Source of the DNA: an uncultured Nitrospiraceae bacterium | GTDB taxonomy: Bacteria; Nitrospirota; Nitrospiria; Nitrospirales; Nitrospiraceae | Direction: 5' to 3' | Length of the DNA stretch: 64,000 bases | Assembly (NCBI GenBank): GCA_963706325.1 | Contig: CAVPLT010000001.1 | Location: 672,001 to 736,000 of the forward strand | In this document: one piece after another, positions 8,193 to 17,833 of the stretch | How the letters are laid out: every line of letters begins with the position of its first letter | Position numbering within the stretch: position 1 is the first letter of the stretch | Translations under genes and position numbers: made by a program | The notes under the pieces: generated by a model | Database searches by the model: none | What the model saw: the letters and a program-made list of their open reading frames with translations, nothing else | Told to the model about the DNA's origin: nothing

Positions 8193-9300
8193 GCGAGGGA
8201 ATGTGTGGTGGATGAATATTGTGTTTCAGGGACAACGAATTCGCCGGTCGACAGGAGCATCGAATCGAGCCTTGGCTGACGCCATCATGGCGAAAGTGAA
8301 GGTTCAATTGATCGAGGGGCAGTATTTTGATCGAGCGGAAGAGCAATTTCGAACCTTCCAAGAATTGATGGATCGCTTTGAGCGAGAGCACCTCGTGAAA
8401 TTGGCCAGCCGAGCAACAGGACAAGTCTTCGTCAAACGCTTCCGTGCCTTCTTCGGAGACCGGACGCTCGCGGAGATTACCCCCAAGCTAATCGTGGACT
8501 ATAAAAGTCGACGGTACGCCACTGGGGTGAAAGGCGCCTCGATCAATCGAGAGCTCACCTGTTTGAGAAAGGCCTTCAGCCTTGCGAAACGGGAATGGGA
8601 ATGGTGCCGAGACAATCCGATGAGTCGGGTCTCTCTCGAAAAGGGGGCGACTAAACGAGACCGATGGCTGATGGAAGACGAGGAAGCGCGATTGCTGGAT
8701 TCCTGTCCCTCGTGGTTACGTGAGCTCGTGGTGTTCGCGCTCCATAGTGGGATGCGGTTGGGCGAGATCCTGTCACTGACCTGGACCGGCGTGGATCTGT
8801 TCCGAAGAACCGTGACGGTGTTTGAATCGAAAAACGGGGAGCGACGGACGGTGCCACTGAATCACACCTTGATGGCGCTCCTGACGGGGAAGGCCAAAGT
8901 GCGCCATATCAAAACGGCATTGGTTTTTCCGAGTCGAGCTGGCACACGGTTAGATCCCAACCATCTGAGACGGGCGTTACGACCTGCCATGACAAAGGCG
9001 GACATCATGAACTGTCATTTCCATGATCTCCGGCACACCTTCGCTACGCGACTGGTCCAAGCGGGAGTCGATCTCTACAAGGTTCAACGGCTCCTCGGAC
9101 ACAAGTCTCCGATGATGACGCAACGCTATGCGCATCATTACCCGGAAAGCCTACGAGATGGAGTGGAGATCTTGGACCGACGCGGACACCGTGACACAAA
9201 AATGACCACAGTGGTGAGGGTGTTCGAGAGTGCTGTCTCGGAAGTTGTTGAAAAGATGGTGGGCGATACTGGTATCGAACCAGTGGCCTCTTCCGTGTGA
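8179..9300 (+). CDS. Tyrosine recombinase/integrase
   Basis: Catalytic motifs GMRLGE, SKNG, HDLRH, LGH, QRY; arm-binding-type N-terminus; AAGGAG RBS. Confidence 0.95.
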   Translation: MGLVKRGNVWWMNIVFQGQRIRRSTGASNRALADAIMAKVKVQLIEGQYFDRAEEQFRTFQELMDRFEREHLVKLASRATGQVFVKRFRAFFGDRTLAEITPKLIVDYKSRRYATGVKGASINRELTCLRKAFSLAKREWEWCRDNPMSRVSLEKGATKRDRWLMEDEEARLLDSCPSWLRELVVFALHSGMRLGEILSLTWTGVDLFRRTVTVFESKNGERRTVPLNHTLMALLTGKAKVRHIKTALVFPSRAGTRLDPNHLRRALRPAMTKADIMNCHFHDLRHTFATRLVQAGVDLYKVQRLLGHKSPMMTQRYAHHYPESLRDGVEILDRRGHRDTKMTTVVRVFESAVSEVVEKMVGDTGIEPVASSV

Positions 9301-9331
9301 AGGAAGCGCTCTCCCCCTGAGCTAATCGCCC
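9257..9331 (-). tRNA. tRNA-Val(CAC)
   Basis: GGGCGATTAGCTCAG...CTTCC-TTCACAC-GGAAG...GGTTCGATACC...ATCGCCCACCA. Confidence 0.97.
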
Positions 9332-9461
9332 ACGCGATGAGAGTCTAGCATGGTCGGACGAAACTGAGCAAGAAAGCTGGTGGTTAGAGTGCTGCTGTTT
9401 TTGTAGTCGATTTTTCGGGCGACCGCCATATTGAATCTTGGTGAGAATAGCTCGCCGTTTC

Positions 9462-9491
9462 TTGACATCGAGAAAAGACGATTCTTACAAT
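9462..9491 (+). promoter_or_regulatory. Sigma70 promoter of the trmFO operon
   Basis: TTGACA-N18-TACAAT. Confidence 0.7.
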
Positions 9492-9526
9492 GGCCTTCCT
9501 TCCATCTTCTCAAAGGTTTCCATTTC

Positions 9527-10843
9527 ATGCGTGAAGACATTGTGGTCATTGGGGGTGGTCTGGCCGGTTCAGAAGCGGCCTGGCAAGCGGCTAAGCATGG
9601 CGCCAAGGTGACGCTGTACGAAATGCGTCCAAAAGAAATGACCAAAGCGCATAAGACTGGAGATCTGGCCGAACTCGTCTGTTCGAATTCCCTCGGGTCA
9701 GCTGATCCGCTCAATGCGCCCGGTATTCTCAAGGCCGAGATGCGTCGCTTGAATTCGCTCGTCATTCGAGCGGCAGAGGAGGCACGGGTTCCGGCTGGCT
9801 CGGCATTGGCTGTGGATCGCGAGCAGTTCGCGCGTGTTATAACCCAGGCGCTGGATGGACATCCCAATATTCGAATCGTTCGCGACGAAGTGACGGAAGT
9901 GCCCCCTGATGCTGTCAGCATTATTGCGACCGGCCCACTGACCTCCGAAAGATTCTCGAAGGCTATCAGCGAATTGACTCACGCGCACCACCTGTATTTT
10001 TTTGATGCAATTTCACCCATCATCGATGCAGATTCCATCAACATGGAGGTGGTCTATCGAGCGTCCCGTTATGGCAAAGGCGGAGCGGACTATCTCAACT
10101 GCCCCATGGACGAAGCGGCTTACAATGCGTTGTATGAAGCGATGATGGCGGCGGAGAAGGTTCAGCCGAAAGAATTTGAGAAAGTCGCCTATTTCGAAAG
10201 CTGCATTCCGATCGAGGTGATGGCAGAGCGGGGTCGGCAGACCATGCAATTTGGGCCGCTGAAGCCTGTGGGGCTGGAGCATCCAACGACCGGTGTGCGT
10301 CCGTATGCTGTGGTTCAGCTCCGCACGGAGAATGCACACGGGACCTGCTATAACATGGTCGGCTTCCAGACCAAGCTCACCTATCCTGAGCAGCGTCGAG
10401 TCTTTCGATTGATTCCCGGGCTGGAGCAGGCCGAATTCTTACGGCTCGGCAGTCTACATCGCAACACCTTCATCAATTCGCCGCAATTGTTGCGAGATAC
10501 CCTCCAACTCAAGTCTCGTGGAACCGTCTTCTTTGCCGGCCAATTGGTTGGTGTCGAGGGTTATACGGAGTCTGCCGCGATGGGGGGACTTGCCGGGATC
10601 AATGCCGCGCGAGGCCTGGCCGGCCAAGCACTGGTCACCCCTCCGCCAACGAGCGCGCACGGCTGTCTGATGGGGCACATCACCAAGAGCGACCCCGCGC
10701 ATTTTCAGCCCATGAATACGAATTTCGGCCTGTTTCCTCCTGTCCCCGTCAAGACGCGCGACAAAGACCAGAAGCGGCGTCTCATCCAACAACGAGCGCT
10801 TGAGGATTTTGACGCATGGATCGCGCAATCCGGGCTTTCCTAG
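9527..10843 (+). CDS. trmFO: tRNA (uracil-54) methyltransferase TrmFO
   Basis: [31 protein letters not shown]. Confidence 0.97.
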   Translation: MREDIVVIGGGLAGSEAAWQAAKHGAKVTLYEMRPKEMTKAHKTGDLAELVCSNSLGSADPLNAPGILKAEMRRLNSLVIRAAEEARVPAGSALAVDREQFARVITQALDGHPNIRIVRDEVTEVPPDAVSIIATGPLTSERFSKAISELTHAHHLYFFDAISPIIDADSINMEVVYRASRYGKGGADYLNCPMDEAAYNALYEAMMAAEKVQPKEFEKVAYFESCIPIEVMAERGRQTMQFGPLKPVGLEHPTTGVRPYAVVQLRTENAHGTCYNMVGFQTKLTYPEQRRVFRLIPGLEQAEFLRLGSLHRNTFINSPQLLRDTLQLKSRGTVFFAGQLVGVEGYTESAAMGGLAGINAARGLAGQALVTPPPTSAHGCLMGHITKSDPAHFQPMNTNFGLFPPVPVKTRDKDQKRRLIQQRALEDFDAWIAQSGLS

Positions 10844-11772
10844 CCGCCTTAACCGTCCAACAGGGCGCCTCTCCCCAAACGATTCGTGCCTATGCATCCG
10901 ACTTGGCGCAGTTCCAGGTCTTTGCGCAGGACGCAAGTAACCGGCGCAGACCAGTGAATCCCAAATCGATAGAGCCGGCCTTGATACGCGATTTTCTCGC
11001 TGCGCGTGATCGCATGGGAGAAAAGAAATCTTCCCTGGCGAGGAAGCTGGCCTGTCTCCGCAGTGTATTTCGTTATCTGGTACGTGTTGGCCAGTTGAAG
11101 GTAAACCCGGCGGAGGACGTGCGGGTGCCAAAACTTCCCAAACATCTCCCTCGCGTTCTCACCAAGGACGATGCCGGCGCGTTGATGGAATTCCCCGGCG
11201 ATCAGAAACGGGACGCCTTGCGTGACCGCGCCATACTGGAAACGCTATATTCGACTGGAACTCGGGTCAGTGAGCTAGTCGGCATGAACTGGGATGATAT
11301 CAGCCGGAGCGAAGGATTAGTGCGAGTCCGTGGGAAAGGGGGGAAAGAGCGCATCATTCCTCTGAGTAGCATAGCGCTGGAGGCGATCGCTGCCTACCAT
11401 GCTCAGGTGCCGACGACGACGGGTGGGTCGTCGCGACTATCGTCAGAGGCGGTGCCCGTGTTCCGCAACAGCCGTGGAGGTCGATTGACCACGAGGACCA
11501 TTGCCCGCATCGTGGCCAAATATTCGCGTCAGCTCACCGGAGGAACGATTAACCCGCATACTTTGCGGCATTCGTTCGCCACGCATCTCCTGGACGAAGG
11601 GGCTGATTTGCGCGCCATTCAGGAAATGTTGGGGCATGTCTCGTTGAGCACCACGCAAAAGTACACACATTTGGCGACGGATCAATTACTCTCAGTGTAC
11701 GATCGCGCCCATCCGCGCGCCGTGAGTCCAACGGAAACCCCTGAGGTTATGAAGCAGAAGGGCTCGCGATGA
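10816..11772 (+). CDS. xerC: Tyrosine recombinase XerC
   Basis: [45 protein letters not shown]; located between trmFO and hslV. Confidence 0.92.
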   Translation: MDRAIRAFLAALTVQQGASPQTIRAYASDLAQFQVFAQDASNRRRPVNPKSIEPALIRDFLAARDRMGEKKSSLARKLACLRSVFRYLVRVGQLKVNPAEDVRVPKLPKHLPRVLTKDDAGALMEFPGDQKRDALRDRAILETLYSTGTRVSELVGMNWDDISRSEGLVRVRGKGGKERIIPLSSIALEAIAAYHAQVPTTTGGSSRLSSEAVPVFRNSRGGRLTTRTIARIVAKYSRQLTGGTINPHTLRHSFATHLLDEGADLRAIQEMLGHVSLSTTQKYTHLATDQLLSVYDRAHPRAVSPTETPEVMKQKGSR

Positions 11773-12305
11773 TTATTCGATCCACAACTGTGCTCTGCGT
11801 GAGGCGAGGCAGCCAGGTCACGATGGGGTGCGACGGACAGGTCACGGTCGGTACGACGGTGATGAAACACAACGCCAGGAAAATGCGGCGCATGCATGGC
11901 GATGCAGTCTTGGCAGGTTTTGCCGGCGCGACAGCCGATGCCTTCACGCTCTTTGAAAAGTTCGAGGCTAAATTAGCGGAGTATCGCGGGAATCTCACCA
12001 GGGCCGCTGTAGAACTGGCGAAAGACTGGCGGACTGATCGCGTCTTGAGGCGCCTTGAGGCATTGCTGGCGGTGGCCGATCTCACTCACTCGTTCATCAT
12101 TTCAGGAACTGGCGATGTGGTTGAGCCGGAAGACGGTATTCTGGCGATTGGGTCGGGCGGCCCCTATGCGTTAGCCGCCGCCCGCGCATTGTTGGCGCAT
12201 TCCGAATTGGGGGCGGAGCAGATCGTTCGCGAATCACTGATGATTGCGGGTGGGATCGACATTTATACGAATCAACAGATTGTGATCGAATCGCTCTCCC
12301 ATTAG
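11769..12305 (+). CDS. hslV: ATP-dependent protease subunit HslV
   Basis: [20 protein letters not shown]. Confidence 0.97.
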   Translation: MIIRSTTVLCVRRGSQVTMGCDGQVTVGTTVMKHNARKMRRMHGDAVLAGFAGATADAFTLFEKFEAKLAEYRGNLTRAAVELAKDWRTDRVLRRLEALLAVADLTHSFIISGTGDVVEPEDGILAIGSGGPYALAAARALLAHSELGAEQIVRESLMIAGGIDIYTNQQIVIESLSH

Positions 12306-12317
12306 GATTGACTGACC

Positions 12318-13721
12318 ATGACCGCTGAATCCATGTCTCACCCTGTGAATGTGAATAGTCTCACCCCCCGACAGATCGTCGAGGCATTGGATCGATATGT
12401 AATCGGGCAACACGATGCCAAGCGCATGGTAGCCATTGCACTTCGAAATCGCTGGCGTCGACAACAGTTGTCCCCCGAACTGCGTGACGAAGTCATGCCG
12501 AAGAATATCATCATGATCGGGCCGACCGGCGTGGGGAAAACCGAAATAGCCAGACGTTTGGCGAAACTTGCTGAAGCGCCGTTCATCAAAGTGGAGGCGT
12601 CAAAGTTTACGGAAGTCGGGTATGTCGGGCGGGATGTCGAGTCCATCATTCGGGATCTCACTGAGCTGGCGATCAATTTGGTAAAGACGAAACATCTGGA
12701 AGATGTCCAAGAGAAAGCCTCACGGCTTGGGGAAGAGCGCATGCTCGATCTTCTACTGCCCGGCGCTCCGTCTCGACCTACTCTCCCCGGGTTCGATCAC
12801 TCGAGCCAACGAGCGGAACAGTCGGAGGCGCCGGAATCGCTGGACGCGACCCGATCGAAACTTCGGCTACAGTTGCGCGAAGGAAAGCTGGATCAGCGAT
12901 CGGTCGAGGTAGAGGTGAAGGAGCGGACGTTGCCTCTCGGCGTCATTTCCAATGCGGGCGGCATGGAGGACCTTGAAGGGAATCTACGCGACATGCTGGG
13001 AGGCATGTTCCAAGGGAAGAAAAAGAAACGAGCGATGAAAGTGCCGGATGCGCTGAAGCATCTGACGCAGGAAGAAGCGCAAAAACTTATCGATATGGAT
13101 GAGGTGGTCCGGGAAGCCATTGCGAAAGTTGAACAGACCGGAATCGTCTTTCTGGACGAGATCGACAAAATCGCCGGCCGTGAGCGCACGATGGGGCCGG
13201 ATGTATCACGTGAAGGAGTACAGCGGGATCTGTTGCCGATTGTGGAAGGCTCCACCGTGAGTACCAAGCATGGCGCCGTCCAGACGGACCATATCCTGTT
13301 CATTGCCGCCGGTGCGTTTCATATCGCCAAACCTTCCGATTTAATCCCTGAGCTGCAGGGTCGGTTTCCCATTCGCGTCGAGCTGGCGCCCCTGTCTCAA
13401 GAGGACTTCGTACGGATTTTGACTGAGCCTCAAGGCGCGCTGGTCAGTCAGTATCAAGCATTGATGGCGACGGAAGGTCTCACGGTTGCGTTTACAGAAG
13501 ACGGACTGGCGGAGATCGCGGCGACGGCCGTCCAGGTCAACGAGCGCACGGAAAACATCGGTGCGCGCCGTCTGTTTACGATTATGGAACGGTTGCTCGA
13601 ACAGGTGTCGTTCGAGGGAGCTGAGATGGAACCGAAGCACATTGTCGTGGATGCCGGCTACGTACGGGAGCGTCTGCAGAACATTGTGAAGGATCAGGAT
13701 CTGAGCCGGTATATCCTGTAG
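12318..13721 (+). CDS. hslU: ATP-dependent protease ATPase HslU
   Basis: [25 protein letters not shown]-terminal DLSRYIL. Confidence 0.98.
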   Translation: MTAESMSHPVNVNSLTPRQIVEALDRYVIGQHDAKRMVAIALRNRWRRQQLSPELRDEVMPKNIIMIGPTGVGKTEIARRLAKLAEAPFIKVEASKFTEVGYVGRDVESIIRDLTELAINLVKTKHLEDVQEKASRLGEERMLDLLLPGAPSRPTLPGFDHSSQRAEQSEAPESLDATRSKLRLQLREGKLDQRSVEVEVKERTLPLGVISNAGGMEDLEGNLRDMLGGMFQGKKKKRAMKVPDALKHLTQEEAQKLIDMDEVVREAIAKVEQTGIVFLDEIDKIAGRERTMGPDVSREGVQRDLLPIVEGSTVSTKHGAVQTDHILFIAAGAFHIAKPSDLIPELQGRFPIRVELAPLSQEDFVRILTEPQGALVSQYQALMATEGLTVAFTEDGLAEIAATAVQVNERTENIGARRLFTIMERLLEQVSFEGAEMEPKHIVVDAGYVRERLQNIVKDQDLSRYIL

Positions 13722-13747
13722 GCCGCAGCGAGAGCGAGGAACGAAGC

Positions 13748-14644
13748 ATGAACAAACTGATTAAGAAAGCGGACGTGCTGATTGAGGCGCTGCCCTACAT
13801 TCGTACCTTTAAGGGCAAGACCGTCGTGATCAAGTACGGCGGGCACGCCATGACGGACGCCTCGCTCAAGGAGCGTTTTGCGCAAAATGTCGTGTTATTG
13901 AAATACGTCGGATTGAATCCGGTCATCGTGCATGGCGGCGGTCCTCAGATCGACCAGATGCTGGACCGGCTCGGTATGGAGGCAAAGTTCCGCCATGGGG
14001 TGCGGGTGACCGATGCCGCCACGATGGAAATCGTCGAGATGGTGCTGGCCGGCCGGATCAACATGGAAATTGTCGATCTGTTGAATCGGCATGGCGGGCA
14101 GGCGGTCGGGCTCAGCGGCAAAGATGGCGGGCTGATGTTGACCAAGCCGTTGACGGCGAGGGCCTGGGCGGAGAGCATCGAGAAGGATCTCGAGGCAGGC
14201 GAGTCGGACGCGGATTTCGGATTTGTCGGTGACGTAAAGTCGATTGATCCCACGCTCCTCTTGAAGCTGCAAGAAGACAACTATATCCCCGTCATCGCGC
14301 CGATTGGAACCGACCGAGAGGGCAATACGTATAACATCAATGCGGATCTCGTGGCAGGCGCAATTGCGGCGGCATTGAAGGCCGAGAAACTTGTGATGCT
14401 GACCGACGTGAAGGGCATCCGCGATGCCAATGGCCGACACCTGTCGACGGTGTCGCGCAAGGATGTGCAACGGATGGTCAAACGCGGGACCATCAGCGAA
14501 GGGATGCTGCCGAAGGTGCATGCCTGCCTGGATGCCCTGGCCGATGGTGTGGGCAAAGCGCATATTGTCGATGGCCGCGTGCCCCATGCCATTCTGCTTG
14601 AAATCTTCACGCACAAGGGCATCGGCACCGAGATCGTGGCGTAA
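13748..14644 (+). CDS. argB: Acetylglutamate kinase
   Basis: VIKYGGHAM, VHGGGPQI, NINADLVA. Confidence 0.97.
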   Translation: MNKLIKKADVLIEALPYIRTFKGKTVVIKYGGHAMTDASLKERFAQNVVLLKYVGLNPVIVHGGGPQIDQMLDRLGMEAKFRHGVRVTDAATMEIVEMVLAGRINMEIVDLLNRHGGQAVGLSGKDGGLMLTKPLTARAWAESIEKDLEAGESDADFGFVGDVKSIDPTLLLKLQEDNYIPVIAPIGTDREGNTYNINADLVAGAIAAALKAEKLVMLTDVKGIRDANGRHLSTVSRKDVQRMVKRGTISEGMLPKVHACLDALADGVGKAHIVDGRVPHAILLEIFTHKGIGTEIVA

Positions 14645-14677
14645 CCTATAATCCTACGGCTGTTCTGGTCCAGGGTT

Positions 14678-14868
14678 GTGGTTGGGGCCGATCGGGAGGT
14701 GGCTGCACCGACGAAGTTGTCTTCAGATTCTTCTTCCTTTACTCGCCATTGATTGGGCTCAGCGCAATAGGGTTCCCAGGATCGTCAGGAGACAATGCCG
14801 AGGCTGGCGTTTAGAACGCACTGCTTGAAGCGGTTCGGTTCCTCAGGAGATTCTCGTTCCCCAACCAC
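14678..14868. ncRNA. Candidate structured ncRNA (~190 nt irregular rod, 6S-like architecture)
   Basis: Closing helix GTGGTTGGGG/CCCCAACCAC, nested helices, no ORF; TATAAT at 14647-14652. Confidence 0.4.
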
Positions 14869-14984
14869 TTGTAAAAATGTTTCACATGCACAGGTCTCGA
14901 TGCGCTCGATACCTTGGGCCTAAAGTTTATAGGTCGACTTGCTCACGGGTTTGGTGAGGTCGGCCAAATAGTCTGCGGAGATGG

Positions 14985-15689
14985 GTGATGATGCCAAGTA
15001 GAAAAATAATGGTTCGAGCTGCTACGCGGAGGGTGATCAAAGAGATCTTCGCGCGTCTCGATTATGGACGGCTGGGTTCGATCTATTGCGACGAAGGCGG
15101 TGATAAGTTTTGGAAGGCAAAACGGGGTGTTTGCCAGAGGCTGGGCATGAAGCTCGCGAATGCGCTTCTGCCGCGATTGACTATAGGGGGAGCCAGTCTC
15201 TACGTAGGCGCCGGTGTCGCGGAGATTCCGCTCGTAGCCATGGAATGCTTCGATCTCAGACGGCGCGTCGTGGCTTGTAATCTGCGAAAGAAGGAAGTGT
15301 TGATCCTGAATCGTGCCTGTGCGAGACTCCCGATACGGTATCAGCATCGAGACGCCGGGTCAGTCAAAGAAAGGATCGATCATCTGTGGCTGGTCAGTGT
15401 CTTGAACGATCCGGAGCGGTTTCCCGAACTCTCATCCCTGTCATACGGTCGTGCCAACCCAGTCACCTTCAACGCGCGTAAATTCTTGCCGCAACAACGG
15501 ACAGTCGCCACCCTCGTCGATCGCTGTCTCAGCCGATTGGCGTCGCCAGGATTGGTGACGACGACGGTTGAAGAAGTAGTGTGGGTGGCGGAATGGTGCC
15601 ATCAAGAGGGAATCCGCTACCGCATCGACCGGCAGACGTTCGCGTCGCCTACCGTCGGCGATCCTATTTGTCTGGTACGGATCGGATGA
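14985..15689 (+). CDS. Hypothetical protein, possible SAM-dependent methyltransferase-like fold
   Basis: SLYVGAGVAE resembles SAM motif I. Confidence 0.65.
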   Translation: MMMPSRKIMVRAATRRVIKEIFARLDYGRLGSIYCDEGGDKFWKAKRGVCQRLGMKLANALLPRLTIGGASLYVGAGVAEIPLVAMECFDLRRRVVACNLRKKEVLILNRACARLPIRYQHRDAGSVKERIDHLWLVSVLNDPERFPELSSLSYGRANPVTFNARKFLPQQRTVATLVDRCLSRLASPGLVTTTVEEVVWVAEWCHQEGIRYRIDRQTFASPTVGDPICLVRIG

Positions 15690-15732
15690 AGGGCCGCTCA
15701 GGTGGTGGCCGATACTCATGGCGCTCGTGAAG

Positions 15733-16272
15733 TTAGACCCAGAATCCAGGGCGAGTCTTATCAGGTCCGAAGAGATACTGGCGGGAATACCGGACATAGT
15801 TCTGTGCCGATTCTCGGATCCAAGCGAGTTCTTGCTCCGTCACGGGGCGTTTGACCTTGGCCGGTGATCCTAAGATAAGACTCTTGGGCGGGACGATGGT
15901 GCCTTCTGTAATTAACGCGCCGGCGCCGACCACGGAATCCTCACCGATGACCGCGCCGTCCATGATGATGGATCCCATGCCGACCAACACACGATTTTGA
16001 ATCGTACAGCCATGCAGCACCACGTTATGGCCGATGGTCACGTCGTCGCCGATGCTGAGCGGATGGGTATCGTGCGTGACATGCAGCGTGCAAAGATCCT
16101 GCACGTTCGTCCGATGGCCGATCCGGATATGATTCACATCTCCCCGAATAACCGCGTGGAACCAGGCGCTGCAGTCCTCACCCATGACCACATCCCCGAT
16201 AATGACGGCCGTCTCTTCGATAAAACAGGAGTCCGGTACAGTGGGCTTGATTCCTTGAAACGTTCTGAGCAT
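15733..16272 (-). CDS. Gamma carbonic anhydrase family protein
   Basis: Hexapeptide repeats, IRGDVN, TNVQD..LH, GHNVVLHGC. Confidence 0.93.
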   Translation of the reverse strand: MLRTFQGIKPTVPDSCFIEETAVIIGDVVMGEDCSAWFHAVIRGDVNHIRIGHRTNVQDLCTLHVTHDTHPLSIGDDVTIGHNVVLHGCTIQNRVLVGMGSIIMDGAVIGEDSVVGAGALITEGTIVPPKSLILGSPAKVKRPVTEQELAWIRESAQNYVRYSRQYLFGPDKTRPGFWV

Positions 16273-16317
16273 GGTCTCAATCTAGGATAGCTGCGGACGG
16301 AATAGCAAGATGGCCGT

Positions 16318-16347
16318 TTGACAGGCTTTTCAAGCCTCTCGTACACT
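16318..16347 (+). promoter_or_regulatory. Sigma70 promoter of rimO
   Basis: TTGACA-N18-TACACT. Confidence 0.6.
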
Positions 16348-16355
16348 CTGAGGTT

Positions 16356-17801
16356 ATGGCTTCTTCATTAATCAAACCTTCTCGCGTCAAGCCCACGATC
16401 GGCTTTGTGAACCTGGGCTGTTCGAAAAACCAGGTCGACTCCGAAGTGATGCTGGGGACGTTGGTGGCCGGCGGGTTCCAGCTCACGGGTGACGCGCGCG
16501 CCGCCGAGGTGGTTATCATCAACACCTGCGGTTTTATCGAGGAGGCCAAGCAGGAATCGATCAACAGCATCATTGAACATGGACGGTTAAAGAAGTCCGG
16601 CTCCTGCCGGGTGCTGATTGCAGCCGGTTGCTTGGCCCAGCGGTATCAGGGCGAGCTCTTGAAAGAATTGCCTGAACTGGATGGCGTAGTTGGGACCGGT
16701 GAGTTCGGACGCATCGCGGAGATTTGCCGGAGCCTGCTGGCACCGAAACACCGTCAACAGCGGTTATGGCTTGGCGAGCCTCCTTATCTCTATGACGCCG
16801 AGACTCCGCGCATTCGCCTGGGGACTCCGCACAGCGCTTATCTAAAGATTGCCGAAGGCTGCAATCGGAATTGTGCCTTCTGCGCGATCCCTCTCATGCG
16901 AGGGAAGCAGCGGAGCCGTTCGATTGAATCGATTGTGATGGAAGCGAAGCGGTTGGCTCAGGAAGGTGTCAAAGAGCTCAATTTGATTTCGCAAGACACG
17001 ATCAATTATGGAGTGGACCTTGGAATTAGGCAGGGGCTTACGCAGCTTCTGCGCGAGTTGGTCACGGTGAACGATGTTCGCTGGATTAGGCCATTTTATC
17101 TGTATCCGCAACAGGTGACCGACGAGTTGTTGGATCTGTACGCCGGCGAAGAACGTATCACCAAATATCTCGACATGCCGCTGCAACATATCAGCGACGG
17201 CATACTGAAGCGCATGCACCGGCTCGGGGATCGTCAGCATCTGACGAAGTTGGTAGACCGCATCCGCACCAAGATTCCCGGCGTGTTTTTTAGAACGGCC
17301 TTTATCGTCGGATTTCCCGGTGAAACCGATGCCATGTTTGAGGAGCTTCGACAGTTCATGGCCGACATGGAGTTTGATCGCGCTAACGTCTTCCTCTATT
17401 CCGATGAAGAGGGCACGTCCGCAGTCGAATTGGAAGGAAAGGTCGATCGTGCGGTGATGGACGAACGGCGCAATGAACTGCTGGCTTTACAAGAAACTAT
17501 TTCAGAAGCCAAGAATCGCGAGTATCTCGGGCGCACTTTGGAGGTGCTGGTAGATGGGATTTCGGAGGAATCCGACCGTCTGTTCGAAACGAGGCACGAG
17601 GGATTGGCACCTGAAATCGATGGGGTCGTATATTGCGACCAAGTCACAGCCAAGCCTGGAGAGTTCGTATCCGTGACAGTGTCCGACGTGATGGGGTACG
17701 ATTTGATTGCCCAACCGGTCGGTCGGCCCGCCGCAGTGGCGTCTGCTCCACCTTCCATGGCGCTTCTCATGCCAAGGAAGGCAGGGACAGGCTACCGGTA
17801 A
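16356..17801 (+). CDS. rimO: Ribosomal protein S12 methylthiotransferase
   Basis: LGCSKNQVDSE, NTCGFI, radical SAM CNRNCAFC, APEIDG TRAM domain. Confidence 0.96.
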   Translation: MASSLIKPSRVKPTIGFVNLGCSKNQVDSEVMLGTLVAGGFQLTGDARAAEVVIINTCGFIEEAKQESINSIIEHGRLKKSGSCRVLIAAGCLAQRYQGELLKELPELDGVVGTGEFGRIAEICRSLLAPKHRQQRLWLGEPPYLYDAETPRIRLGTPHSAYLKIAEGCNRNCAFCAIPLMRGKQRSRSIESIVMEAKRLAQEGVKELNLISQDTINYGVDLGIRQGLTQLLRELVTVNDVRWIRPFYLYPQQVTDELLDLYAGEERITKYLDMPLQHISDGILKRMHRLGDRQHLTKLVDRIRTKIPGVFFRTAFIVGFPGETDAMFEELRQFMADMEFDRANVFLYSDEEGTSAVELEGKVDRAVMDERRNELLALQETISEAKNREYLGRTLEVLVDGISEESDRLFETRHEGLAPEIDGVVYCDQVTAKPGEFVSVTVSDVMGYDLIAQPVGRPAAVASAPPSMALLMPRKAGTGYR

Positions 17802-17833
17802 GAACATACTTACCAGCAGCCTGCCCCGAGTGG

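Larger units (their letters stand above)
1..9300. mobile_element. Integrative (mobilizable/rolling-circle) element inserted at the 3' end of tRNA-Val; left boundary not seen
   Basis: Rep_trans + HTH + tyrosine integrase abut the tRNA 3' end; AT-rich patches and orphan ORFs lie to the left; housekeeping genes start right of the tRNA. Confidence 0.75.

Noticed and set aside
1..9250. Second att copy (tRNA-Val 3' fragment)
   Set aside because: I saw no TGGTGGGCGATACTGG-like duplicate, so the left end cannot be placed
6825..9300. Filamentous prophage
   Set aside because: No Zot/pI ATPase or coat gene cluster near the Rep_trans gene
10816..11772. Second mobile-element integrase
   Set aside because: Housekeeping xerC in the trmFO-xerC-hslVU context
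14684..14868. tmRNA or glycine riboswitch
   Set aside because: Starts GGGGCCGA and has CACCGACGAAG, but it is too short for tmRNA, lacks a proper acceptor/T arm, and no glycine gene follows
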